Origin: Paraspadella gotoi
Lineage: Eukaryota; Animalia; Chaetognatha
Direction of reading: 5' to 3'
DNA: 64,000 nt
Assembly: GCA_051294375.1 (NCBI GenBank)
Contig: CM119270.1
Span: 17,544,893-17,608,892 of the forward strand
This document shows positions 14,603-26,857 of the stretch, one piece after another (the stretch's first letter is position 1; each line of letters starts with the position of its first letter). A program made the translations under genes and the position numbers. The notes under the pieces were generated by a model, which was given only the letters and a program-made list of their open reading frames with translations, was not told the DNA's origin and did no database searches.

Positions 14603-17600
14603 TAGTCATTATTTTGTCCGTGTCCTGTAAAAAGCAAAGCAAACAGAATAAAAACGTGTTTGTTAAGGNNNNNNNNNNCAACAAAAACTAATTCTATTAC
14701 TTACATTACTGACAGTAGTTTTAGGCTTTTCTAATAGTTATTTTACAAATTATTATATTAAGTTTAGAGTTTTGCTAAATAAATAAACTTCCAATTTACA
14801 AATTTAGACTGACTTTCCCCGATCGAATCACCCCTCCTTCCTCACCTCCACCGGCGCCAGGGACACCTTCCTCACCGCCACGCCCTCCACCGCGCCCGGA
14901 GGCGGCGCCGCGGCGTCCGGCGCCAGAGAAAAGCGCCGCGAGANNNNNNNNNNNNNNNNNNNNNNNNNNNNNNNNNNNNNNNNNNNNNNNNNNNNNNNNN
15001 NNNNNNNNNNNNNNNNNNNNNNNNNNNNNNNNNNNNNNNNNNNNNNNNNNNNNNNNNNNNNNNNNNNNNNNNNNNNNNNNNNNNNNNNNNNNNNNNNNNN
15101 NNNNNNNNNNNNNNNNNNNNNNNNNNNNNNNNNNNNNNNNNNNNNNNNNNNNNNNNNNNNNNNNNNNNNNNNNNNNNNNNNNNNNNNNNNNNNNNNNNNN
15201 NNNNNNNNNNNNNNNNAGAGAGAGAGAGAGAGTGAGAGAGGGGAAGAGAAAAGAAAGAAGAAAAGAGAATATTAATGCAAGAGGGAAAAATAAACAACAG
15301 CAGAGAAGGATGGAAAAAAAAAACGCAAAAGGAGGCGGAGAAAAGAAAAGCAAAAACAAGAAATAAGGAGGAAAGAAAACAAAAGGAGGAAAGAAAACGA
15401 AGGAAAATAAAAAAAAGGAAAGTAGACAAGGAAAAAGAGGGAGATAATGAGAAAGAAAATAAAGGAAGAAACAAAGAAAGAAAAAGAAAGAAATGGAATC
15501 ACGTTTCCTCTCTTCAGCTTTTTTTTTTCTTCTGCTTCATTTTCAGTAAAAAAAAATGGTAAAGAAAATGTCTCCCTTTTTGGACAGAAACGAAAATGAG
15601 AAAAAATGCGTCGCGAGGAAAACGACGACAACAACGACGATGACAACGACAGCCATGACGACGACGACAGCGACGACGATGACGACGACATCGGCGAGAC
15701 TACTCGTGGGGAAAGAGACAAAGTGATAGAAAACAAAACAAAACAACAACAGAGAAAAATACTAGAAAAGTTGAGAAACTGACGCGACTTTCACTAGACG
15801 ACGACGACGATTATAAAGACGAAGATAAAGACGACGACGATAAGGACAACGACGACGATGAGAAAGTCAGCTGCTCCGATTCTCTATTGATCCAAGATGT
15901 TTGGTAAAGTAAGACCGGAACACGTGAACTTCACATCTTTTTCTCAGGTCGACTTTTTGGATTTCGAGCGATGGTAACATCGATTCGTTGTTTAGAGCTT
16001 ATAGCACAAAAGGAGGGAAAGTTACACGAGGAGGAATGGACAGAAATAGCGAACTTGATGGAGAAGAAGGATGAAAAAACAAAGGCGGAGATACATCAAG
16101 TGACAAAAACACAATGATGAAAGTGAAAATAAACAACACAGATAATGATGGAAAAATCCATAGAAACTACACTCGGCAAGTGATGACACCGAAATTATAA
16201 ACGATCAATTGACGAACATCTGAGAAAGCTAAATTTAATTGCAATGATACACTAAAGATTACGAACACGAACTCACTTGATGACATATGACGAAATGTAA
16301 GCTACAAATTAATGAAATAATGACAAGGAAATTCAAGAATAAACAATCATTTTGATGACCATACTTGGATACTGGAGACGCACTAAATCAACTGCATCAT
16401 GATGAATCAAAAATTTAACTCCTCTAAATGAGCAAGAAGGGGAGCAAACCGGAGAGACAGAGAACAAATAAGTACAGAAAAACTTTGTTATGCGACGACT
16501 GACGAACAGAGGAAGGAAGAGAAGGAAGGGATTTATACAGAATATTCGCAGGTTGGATGTCTCTTCCTCAAAAGTAAAGAAAAAAAATCTCTCCATCTCT
16601 CTNNNNNNNNNNNNNNNNNNNNNNNNNATAAACATCCTCTAAATGGAGTTGAGAATGACAACGAAACAGACAGAAATAATGACAACGAAGCCAACTGCGA
16701 CGACGAACTCCAAAAAAGAAAAAAAAATTGAGAACCAAAAAAAAAANNNNNNNNNNNNNNNNNNNNNNNNNNNNNNNNNNNNNNNNNNNNNNNNNNNNNN
16801 NNNNNNNNNNNNNNNNNNNNNNNNNNNNNNNNNNNNNNGAGAAAAAAAAAAGAAAAGAAAGAAAAAAGAAAAGAAAAGAAAATTTAAAAAATATAAAAGT
16901 TCTATTGTACTAAAAGAGAATTTTTTCCAGTGGAAAAGACTATNNNNNNNNNNNNNNNNNNNNNNNNNNNNNNNNNNNNNNNNNNNNNNNNNNNNNNNNN
17001 NNNNNNNNNNNNNNNNNNNNNNNNNNNNNNNNNNNNNNNNNNNNNNNNNNNNNNNNNNNNNNNNNNNNNNNNNNNNNNNNNNNNNNNNNNNNNNNNNNNN
17101 NNNNNNNNNNNNNNNNNNNNNNNNNNNNNNNNNNNNNNNATGAAACATTAAAAATGTATTATCTTTTTTTTCTGCCGCCTTTCGTGATTTCGAAAGAAAA
17201 TTTTTATTTTTTCAGAGACTAATTCTACTTTTTAACCCATTCATTGGGCATTGCATGTCTCCATTCTTACCTCCCAACCCCAACGCCACTCTCCACTCAT
17301 TGGGCATGGCATGTCTCTATTCTTACCTCCCAACCCCAACGCCCCNNNNNNNNNNNNNNNNNNNNNNNNNNNNNNNNNNNNNNNNNNNNNNNNNNNNNNN
17401 NNNNNCACTCATTGGGCATGGCATGTCTCAACTCCTCAAAGGCGACGGCGAAAAACATGGGACCCACGGAACTTCCTGCTTCCGCCATCGAGTAGCCCAT
17501 GGTACTGCGGCCGCTTTGGACGAACAATTCGCCCGTAAGGATGATGCCTGAAAATCGAATGATTTGAAAAATTTTTAAGAATAATTTATGTATAAATTAA

Positions 17601-19317
17601 TCTAATTCTTACGTTCGTGAGATCTTTTGATTTAAAACTCATTATCATTAATGTTATTATTTCTTATTATTATAAAGGGTACGCGTAAATGATAATTATG
17701 TATAATTATGTAAATTAAATACGACTGCATTCATCTACTGCGAACTGTTCTTTTGTCCAAAAACGCAGATTCTAAACCAAGCCGTAATCATCAGCGCACT
17801 CTGTCGCCTAAAATGAAACATCGACCAAAAGAGCATCGATGCGAGTTCCTAAATAATTTATAATTTCAGAAATTATTCGAATTATAATAAAATACATTTC
17901 TAAAAAAAAGAATTAAAGACTCATTCTCAACAAACCGCTTAACTATAAATGACATTAAGTTAATGTGAAAAAAAAAACCAAAGCAATAAATATCTCTTCC
18001 CTTTGTTTCTCAAGCCGAGTTCAACCCCTTCAACTCCTTTACCCGGCGTGTAGACCATGGCGCACCCGGCAAAGGTGACGGCGGTGAAGACGAATATCAT
18101 GGCGAGACTCTCGGCAAAGGCGACGCCGAACATGGCGGATCCGGCAACGACGCCGCCGAAGACGATGAGCGTCCGATGAGAGAGACGAGAGAGAAGGAAA
18201 GGAAGACAGAGGGCGGTGAGGTTGATCATGGAGTAAGCGGTGGACCCGATCCAAGTCACGGAAGACCGAGTGGCCTCGTGGAAGGGGAGAATGGCGTTTG
18301 GGAAACATTTGAATAATTTTTGAAAGTTGGACATTTTTCGTTTTAAACGTTTCAACGTTGACACGGATAAAATCTATGATCATTTTGTCCTTATCATGGG
18401 TTCCACACTTCTTACTCCTTACGTGACACTCCGACCTCCCCACAGTTATCCCTAGTTTTTCCCACCTCACCCCGACCTCACCCTAACCTGACTCATAGCT
18501 TTCAAACGCTTAACTCCAACCTCATCCCAACTCACACAGTCAGCACCCCAACCTCATCCTGTCTCAGCACTACTTCATTTTGATCACGCCCTGAACTTAC
18601 TTGCATCTCTCATCACCCAGCCCCCCCGACCACACTCAATCATAAACCTACTCACCTTGAACTCTTCCAAACCACATCACAACCTCACACAAATCCCTCT
18701 CATCTTCCACCCAATCTCTACCCAACTTTATCTGGAGCTCGCACGGACCTAAACCCAATGTCACGACCAGACCTTACTCCGACCTCACCCCGAAATCCTT
18801 TTCCCAGGTGGCGAAGAAAGTGGACAGCGACTGCGCGATACCGAAGATGATGGCGTTGTTGAGAAACGAGCAGAGAAGGACGAAGTAGCACCACTTGGGG
18901 GCGAAGTCGTCGCCGAGCTCGATGGANNNNNNNNNNGGGCGTGGACGAGAGACTGGAGGTGGAGCCGAGACGTTTGGAGAGGCTGGAGGCCGAGCCGGCG
19001 AGTCGTGGGCGGGAGGCGGAGATGCTGGCGGAGGATTTGGAATGGACGGAGGTGACGGCGGCGGCGCCTGAGGGGAAAGAATAAAAGGCACAGTGATCTG
19101 TTTAGTTCAAAGGTTAAGAAATAATTTTATTTTATCTAAATATACTTATTTTCATTATGGGGTATCAGTGAATAAGAATCCAAAAACAATTTTTTAAAAT
19201 TTTTTCCCATGTATTTCGAATTATTTTTTAAGTCATCATCAGTGACTAAGAGAGACAAAACAAGAAAAGTTTATAAATACCCAAAATAAATAAATAAAAG
19301 ATAAAGGATTGAGAGAA

Positions 19318-19368
<51 letters not shown>

Positions 19369-21042
19369 ATATATTAAATGAAAGAAAACTAATTAAACAA
19401 AAATTATGAAGGTAACTGAATCAGTAAATATCATGTAGCATTTAGTAAAGATTGGTTTTGTCCATATACAAAACGATTAACTAAATTATTAAATAAGGCT
19501 TTTTTTTATAAATATTGTAAGTTTTCCCCCCCCCCTCGCCGGTCTTTCTCACCTCCCTTGAGGTTTTCCACGGACGTCGAGGCGTCCAAACTTTGGACCG
19601 AGGGTCGACCGAACCGAAGGGCTGACGTGGCGAAATCGGGCGAGGTGAACCTTTAGGAGAACGGGGACAGATTTGGGAGAATGAGAGAGATTTGGGAGAA
19701 TTGGAAGGATTCGTCTGAGGGAAAATGAGTTTAAATGTAAAAAACCAAAAAACCCGTTTCACTAATTGATTATGCTTCATTTTCTTTTTATATTAAATGT
19801 AAATGCAAGATTAATCAAATATTTAATAAGTTAATTAATCAATTAATTAATTATTTAATTGATTGATTGAATAATGCTTAATTAATTAATTTATTAATTA
19901 ATAAATAAATAATTAATCGGTCAATTAATCAATCAATTAATTATTCGAATCGATCAATTTATTTAGTTATCTAATAATTAATATTCAATCAATCAATTTA
20001 TTTATAAATTAATAATTATTTAAGCAATTATTCAATCAATCAAGTCATCTTTATCTCGTCGCGCCATCATCGTCCGTTGCTTTTGTCGTGGTCAGTGACG
20101 AAAAGACCGAAAAACGAACATTTCGGATCAAATTAATTAATTTAATAATTAAATTATTATTTTAGTTTATTTATAGTAATTAAAAACAAAAAGGAAACAA
20201 TCGCGCTGCGCTAAACGCGGCATCTCTGGAGTGGGTTTTCCTTACGTTGACCTATACGGGCGAGAGCCGAGCTGGTCTTATTACCCAGCTATTCAACCCA
20301 GCAAGGAGGTCAGCTATGTAAGGAACTAAGGAGCAACATCGCAGAGACACAGGTTTCCGGTTACTGAAGGTTAAGTTTCTCTTTTTATCTAGAGAGCTTT
20401 CTGCCCCACCCAAAATTTTGGTTGACTTGGATACTTATCAAGCCTTTGGTCCAATTATTTTGGACATGAAAGGACCGTGTTTTGAGAATGTTTACTTATT
20501 GATAAGTCAGTTAGCTGGCATTCAATCGATCAGTTTACATGTTTCAACGAGAGATTTAACTTTTATCAACAATTTATCGATTAGTTGGCATACGACAAGA
20601 TGTAAATGAGAATATAGAAATTAAATGGTTAATTTGTACTTGTTTCATGTTTCCTTTATATTTTTTTAGTCGGTTTAGATTTAGATTCCGACTCTATAAT
20701 AAGGGGTGGCCTATCACAGTAAGTTGGGTCAAAAATTTCAATTGAGCACCTGCTAAAATGAAATTTCTTAATTTATTTTTAAGATCCGTCCGTCCGTCCG
20801 TCCCACCATAGCAGAGAGTTTAGAGTTTATATTTACTCATAATTGTTATATTTATTAAAAATTGGATCGATAAATTAAAATGAAATTTCGTGTGTGGTTA
20901 GGAAAGTATGGAATCAAGCTGGATATAAATTTTTGATGCAATCGTAGCAGTGAAAAAGTGTTTAAATTAAAAATCCAAAAGACACATTGATTTGAATTTT
21001 TAAAAGTTTCTCTCTCTCTATTTCTATCTGATTGATTGATTG

Positions 21043-21092
<50 letters not shown>

Positions 21093-22189
21093 GGATTGAT
21101 TAATTGAACGATTGATTAATTGATTGATTGATTTATTTGGTTAAATGATTGATTGATAATTTTTTTAATTGATTAATTTAGAAATCTGTTATGATTTATA
21201 ATGTTATGATCTAGTTATTATTAAACTCTGATCATATGTTCTATTTATTTATGAACATTCTTCTCACATTCATCGGACATCACATCTTATTAGCTGCTTA
21301 CCGCTAAATTATGGTAGGCAGATCCGACATTGTTTGCTCAAACTTGTTTCATAATTTTTTGATCATTTGCTGTACGTAAGAATTTTATTTTTTCAAACAA
21401 CGTCAAGATCATTTCCAAATTTTATACATAGTAACAAAATTGTTTCGATGATTAGCCGTAATGGATCAGAGAAAAAAAAACTCATTTCCTATTTCTATAA
21501 ATCGAAGTCAAAGACAAAGTTTTTCAGAAAATCGCATGTGTTATTCTTATTTATTTACTTTAGCAAGAAATTTTAGTCAGCAATTCGAAATTTAGTTTTA
21601 AAATTATGTACCTTGCCTTAAAAAAATCCGAAATAAAAATTTAAGAAATGTCGTTTACCTTCTGTCGCGCCGCTTGTGTTTCCTCCTTTTATTTGTCCAA
21701 TCTACGGAACTTCTATCCACTTTGGACCAGTCGATGGAACGTCTATCCTCGTTGGACCAGTCATTGGACCAATCCACAGAGCTTCTGTCTATCTTCGTCC
21801 AATCCACAGAATGTCTGTTCCCCGACAGCGGGGCGCTACGAGACCAGGCGCGAGATCTGCGACCGATTCTGCCATCTGCGTAAGGGACTACGAGGTAGCG
21901 GGTGGACGGGAGGATTGCAGGAGGAAGATGGGATTTGGGAAGCAATGGTTATTGCAGAGATTCCCCTTCATAGATGGAAGGGGAAATAAAAGTAGGATGG
22001 GCTAAGCGACCACAGATCACTTTTTAACTTTCGGGGCCTTTAGATCTATAATTATCGCCTACCGTCTCGTTTTGCCGACTAAGTTCACCGGAATTAAACA
22101 CATAAATAAAACTCACCGTAGACAAGCGGAGCGAACTTTCTGGCACCGAGCGAAACCGAATGACGGTGAACGCCGATGCACGCCTCCAT
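2457..22189 (-). CDS. Monocarboxylate transporter-like (SLC16/MCT, MFS) multi-exon gene; 3' exons (TM10-12) not found in window
   Basis: Exons (minus strand): 22189-22117, 21875-21659, 19714-19553, 19067-18789 (WCYFVLLCSFLNNAIIFGIAQSLSTFFATWEKDFG, TM1), 18274-18043 (ATRSSVTWIGS...VYTPG), 17547-~17383 (..SSVGPMFF..NEWRVALGLG), ~14943-14876 (noisy), >=12831-11950 (large low-complexity loop), 11162-10983 (FDFSVLRNPKFFLYLSYVILHAGG..PRYIEEVKALS), 2652-2457 (EHEAASSVSAMSAGDLAARLL). GT-AG boundaries with matching phases for the TM exons. Linkage of the first three exons needs an indel and is less certain. Confidence 0.85.
3460..8275. repeat. Large imperfect fold-back palindrome centred near 6782
   Basis: 6783-7070 mirrors ~6370-6782, 7072-7516 mirrors ~4200-4686, and 7640-8275 mirrors ~3460-4170. 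The centre is (CT)n-CG-(AG)n. Confidence 0.85.
8965..9205 (+). repeat. 15-bp minisatellite (atgacggcgacgacg)n
   Basis: Directly visible; produces the spurious MTATT ORF. Confidence 0.9.
10108..10320 (+). mobile_element. HINE/Helentron-like non-autonomous element (decayed)
   Basis: Starts TTTTTAG, 5' hairpin (cgcgagtactcgcg), decayed GTCC/GTCG tetramer tract. Confidence 0.45.
10622..10863 (+). repeat. 30-bp tandem repeat, 8 copies (catattggccaatctcattgacagaaaggt)
   Basis: Near-identical head-to-tail units without spacers, in an MCT intron. Confidence 0.95.
17237..17430 (-). repeat. 56-bp tandem repeat containing MCT exon 3' end plus donor
   Basis: cattgggcat at 17242, 17298 and 17410 (spacing 56 and 112, so one unit lies in the N-gap). 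Confidence 0.9.
20662..21000 (+). mobile_element. HINE/Helentron-like element
   Basis: TTTTTAGTCGG...CCGACT 5' hairpin, then (CCGT)n at 20786-20802. Right end uncertain. Confidence 0.55.
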
Positions 22190-22881
22190 CACGTCACAGT
22201 ATCTAAGACGTAGTCGTCGTGGGAGAAGAAACTTTGAACTCTGACGCTATTTTTAGTCTATGAATTTTAAAGAATGCCGTCAATTCTGCTTTCTTTTTAG
22301 AGACAATTTATTAGCGAAAGGATTTGTGATTGTTTGTGTTAAATAAAATCGTTGTTGCACCGAAAACAAAATATTTTTGTTAATCTAAAAACAACAACGA
22401 AACTAAAGGGTAGTATTGAATGAGACAATTTATAATTATCAAAAGAGAGATTCGGAAGACTTTAAATCAAATTTAAATTTTACTTGGTAGATGGCAAACA
22501 GAGAGAAAAGAGTTAAATTTTTTGACCCATTCATCTCTCCAGTATCTGAGAATATAGTTGTTATTAAATTCAAATAAATTTTAATTGTTTCCTAAAAAAA
22601 AAAAATTGAAAAAAAAATTATTTCAAGAAAAACTGAGATCTTCGATTCTTTTTCGCGCGAATTCCTTAATTCATTCACTTCGTCATCATCGTCATCATCA
22701 TCTTCGTCATCATCGTCACGCTTTGGGTCAATTCTCTTGACGCAAGAGCCAAAACTGCAAAGGACTAATTAATCCTGAAAACGAAGAAGATTTGAATTTA
22801 GGGAAACAAAAGGCGATTTATTCGCGGAAAGGGAATAATGGATTTTAAAACTAAAACTGGCGCGCGCGACGACTCTCTATC

Positions 22882-22983
<102 letters not shown>

Positions 22984-25681
22984 CCTAAAAGAGAAGGATA
23001 TGGAAAATTATTCAAATATTCCGGAATGATCACCATCATCGTCGTCGTCGTCGTCGTCGCGTCGTCATCTTAAAAACCTTCCCCAGAAATGCAAATCTTA
23101 AAGAGCTGATTTTTTCCGTGGGGGGGAGGGGGGGACTTCTTCAGTTATGCTGTTGTACTACTTGAAAAAGACCTAAACTTTGTCGATTATAGCGAATACG
23201 TACATATATATACATACAAACATTTTCGTAACTCGATAATCAAAAATATACTAATTTTTTTGGTTCGTAAAATCTATCTAAATGAAATTTTTAGTTTAGT
23301 GAGGGCATGTGGTAACATTAAAGCTTTTAAGAGAGTTTTGTGGCTTAAAGTTAGTATATATATATAAATTAAAACTATGTAGCTTTATATTTATTTTAAG
23401 TTGTTAAGATACTTAGTTTAAAAAATCATGCAAGCCTTCGCTCCACAAGATCCCGCACCAATTTTTAAAAAAAAATTCCGATTCTCCTGAAAACGATTTT
23501 TTAACAACTGCATATTAAAAAATTATATATCTAGCCTGATCCGAAGCTCAGGGACTGCTTATATTGAACGGTTCAGTCACTAACATATAACAATAATTAC
23601 TGTCTCTTCAAAATGTTAGAAAAAAAACTTGTCCCTTCGGGAAAAATGAATTCGATCGCCCTCCGCCAAATTCAGGACACTTTAAAACATCCCGCGTGAT
23701 CTTATTCACTCGAGCAGAGAATTAAATTACTAGAAAATTTTCTGAGAACTTCGCCGCTTCGTCCGACCGGAAACAAATAGAAAAATAAGAAACAAAGAAT
23801 ATAGAAACAAACTAACAAATAAGTCAAAAAATAAACAATCAATCAAACAAAGATTCAAATAAACAAACGATCAAATAGCGTTGATACTTCAAAATCTCTC
23901 TGAAATTTGTAGTAAAAAAACTCTTAATATCTAAAGCTAGTTTAATCAATTCGATTCGATCAATTCTATTTTAATCTATCCCGTTATGTTTCTTAAAATA
24001 GACTTATTTTAAAAATTAGTTATTTTTCTGAAAAAATCTCTTCTGATTTTCCCCCCGGCAGATTTCTAAGCGGAAGTGCGAGTCCATTTTCTTTTTTTAA
24101 GTTCGAGCGAAGTAACGCCCACGTCAATTTTGAAAAGAAACAGTTATTCTCTCTCGCCCACGATCGAGTTTGAGCGAGAGAATTTTGTCACGACGGAGTT
24201 AAGGCGCCACGGCGCCACGCCAGGATTCGCGAAATCCAAATCGAGGAAACGAATTTAAAATATTATTTGGGGTTAAATTCGAGAACCTCGTCCAATTGTA
24301 CTTTAATGCGGGTAGGCTGTTGTCGTTGTCTTTGTTATTTGTTTTTATTGTTGTTTTGCTTTTTTTTTTTGACTACTACCGCTAATTAGGCCATTAAAGT
24401 AAGAAGCCACCATATATATCAGCGATTTTTCCTCTCGCGGCTTTGCCCCTAATAGGTGTCCCTATTTTTAATATGGTTTTTTAAAGACTTTTTCTTTTGT
24501 TTGTTTTCGTTTAAACTGTAGATTCGATCCTGGAACTTTCCTATTCACGAGTGAAGCCACGGCCAATCCAGCGCATCTACAAAACTATATTTATCAATTA
24601 AACGATTCTGATCTAAAAATATCCAACGGATATCAAAATATAACTAGGACGAAGACGATAGGGATATCGACAATCGAAACAAGACAACATCGTCACCGAT
24701 GATCATCACTACGAATGAAACAACCACAACAACGACTATCAGGACGAACCAGACAACAGCGACAAAAAAAACAAAAAAACAAAAAAAAAACAAGCGAGGC
24801 AGCGACAGTTAACAAATTATAACAATTATAATTACAACAACAACGACAATCTCCTTCAATCTCGCATTGTACTTAAAATCCGGTTTTAATATTTCAAATC
24901 CCAATTTTTTTATTTTATTTTCCCGACAACATTTAAATATTATTCTCTCGAAGATTTTGAGAGAGAAACTTCCGCATTTAAAGTTTAAATTCGTTTAGAG
25001 AAAAACAAATTTATTCATCGAGAGAAAATCGAATTTAAAATGAGAAAAAAAATGAAGTAGGATTTAAATAGAATAGTACGGCACGGAAGGGGGGGCGGTG
25101 GGGGGGTAAGTGACGGAGAAATATGAAAGTAACTAGTAAAATTTGAAAGTAAATATTATACGAGCTGGAGAAAAGTCGTAATGCAAACACAAAAATTTTT
25201 TTTTTAAAAATAGGAAAGTAAAAAACCAAAAAAAATGGGAAAGTAAAAAACAAAAAATGGGACAGTAAACTTATAAGAGATGGAAGAAAGCCGTAATGCA
25301 AACAAAAAAATCGGAAAGTCAAAAAACTTGGAAAGTAAACATTATGTGAGATGGAAAAAAGTCGTAATGCCAAAAAAAAAGTTGGAAAGTAAAAAAAATG
25401 GGAATGTAAATATTTTTCGAGATGGAGAAATGTAATGCAAAGAAAGAAAAAAAGGATTATTCTTTTTTTTCTCGCTGAATCTCTTTGTTGTAACTGTTTA
25501 TAAGTCTATTTATCTCTGTCTCTGTCTTTCTCCATCTTCCTTTTTGTCTCTGTCTCGCTCCCTCTGTACTTGCGCTTTTCGGAAGGCGGGGTCGGCGACT
25601 GCGCTCTGACGAATTTCTTTATCTATTACCTGCGAATAAGAGAGCGAGCGAGCTCGGAGAGCGAGATTTCAAATACCACTT

Positions 25682-25741
<60 letters not shown>

Positions 25742-25902
25742 CTTTCTCTCTCTCTCTCTCGTTCTCACTTTGAGCCAATGTTTGATAAGCCGCAAAAAGA
25801 AAAACAAATAGGGCTCTGAAAAAAAAAAATTTCATTGAATACAGAATTTTTCTGAATCAGGAAACAAATAGTTCCGCCTCATCGCGTTTCTCCTCTCTCT
25901 CT

Positions 25903-25994
<92 letters not shown>

Positions 25995-26857
25995 TTCTCA
26001 GTCATCATCATCAAGGCGTAAGTTCAAACCCAAAACTCATTTGTACGTCTTGTAACGACGCCCAGACTTTTCCCCGTCTGTATCACGATGGAAAAAAAAA
26101 ACAAACGCGAAGCGTCGAATGACAAAAACTGTTTTATTTACATAAACGACTAAAAAAAAAATCTCAGATATCAACGAGGAAAGATAAAAACCAAAAGTAG
26201 AAGGACGGCGACGACCGCAACGACCAATATTAGGACGATCGGCTTCGTCTAACAAAAATACCTTTTCTCTAAAATCTACACGTACAAATTTGGTCATCAA
26301 CAAAAAAAAATGGCAACTAAAGTTCGGTGAGTTAACGATGGGAAAGTGTATTGATTCTAAAAGTTAGCTCAGGTTCCATCTTAATTTATGACTCGGAGAA
26401 AATGGAAGTATATGAGTGTATCCTACATGTATAAGTATGAAAAATCACTTCATTTTAATCCATATATTTAATTATTCGCCATAAAATATTCCCCTCTAAC
26501 GCCAATAATAATTTAAGATTTTTTTTTTCTGCATCGAAAAGAAGTTCGTCTCCCAAATGGAATTTCTTTTGATCAGCTCCTTACGGATCTCAACGCTCCT
26601 TACTAAGAACAAAAAAAAAAGAAAGAAATTAATAAAAATAATTAACTAAAACTTAATTATTTAAATAATAACGTAAAACATTCGCAGCCATGAAAATTCA
26701 ACGGTTAATAACGATTGATCGACCGACGAAATCAAGACTCTATTCGAGGCCGACGCCCGACGGAGCGAGGGCGGTGCCCGACGACATTCCGCCAAAGCCG
26801 AAAGACTCCGTACCGACATAAGAAAAGATTCAAAAGGCCAACATCGAACGCGTAGCC

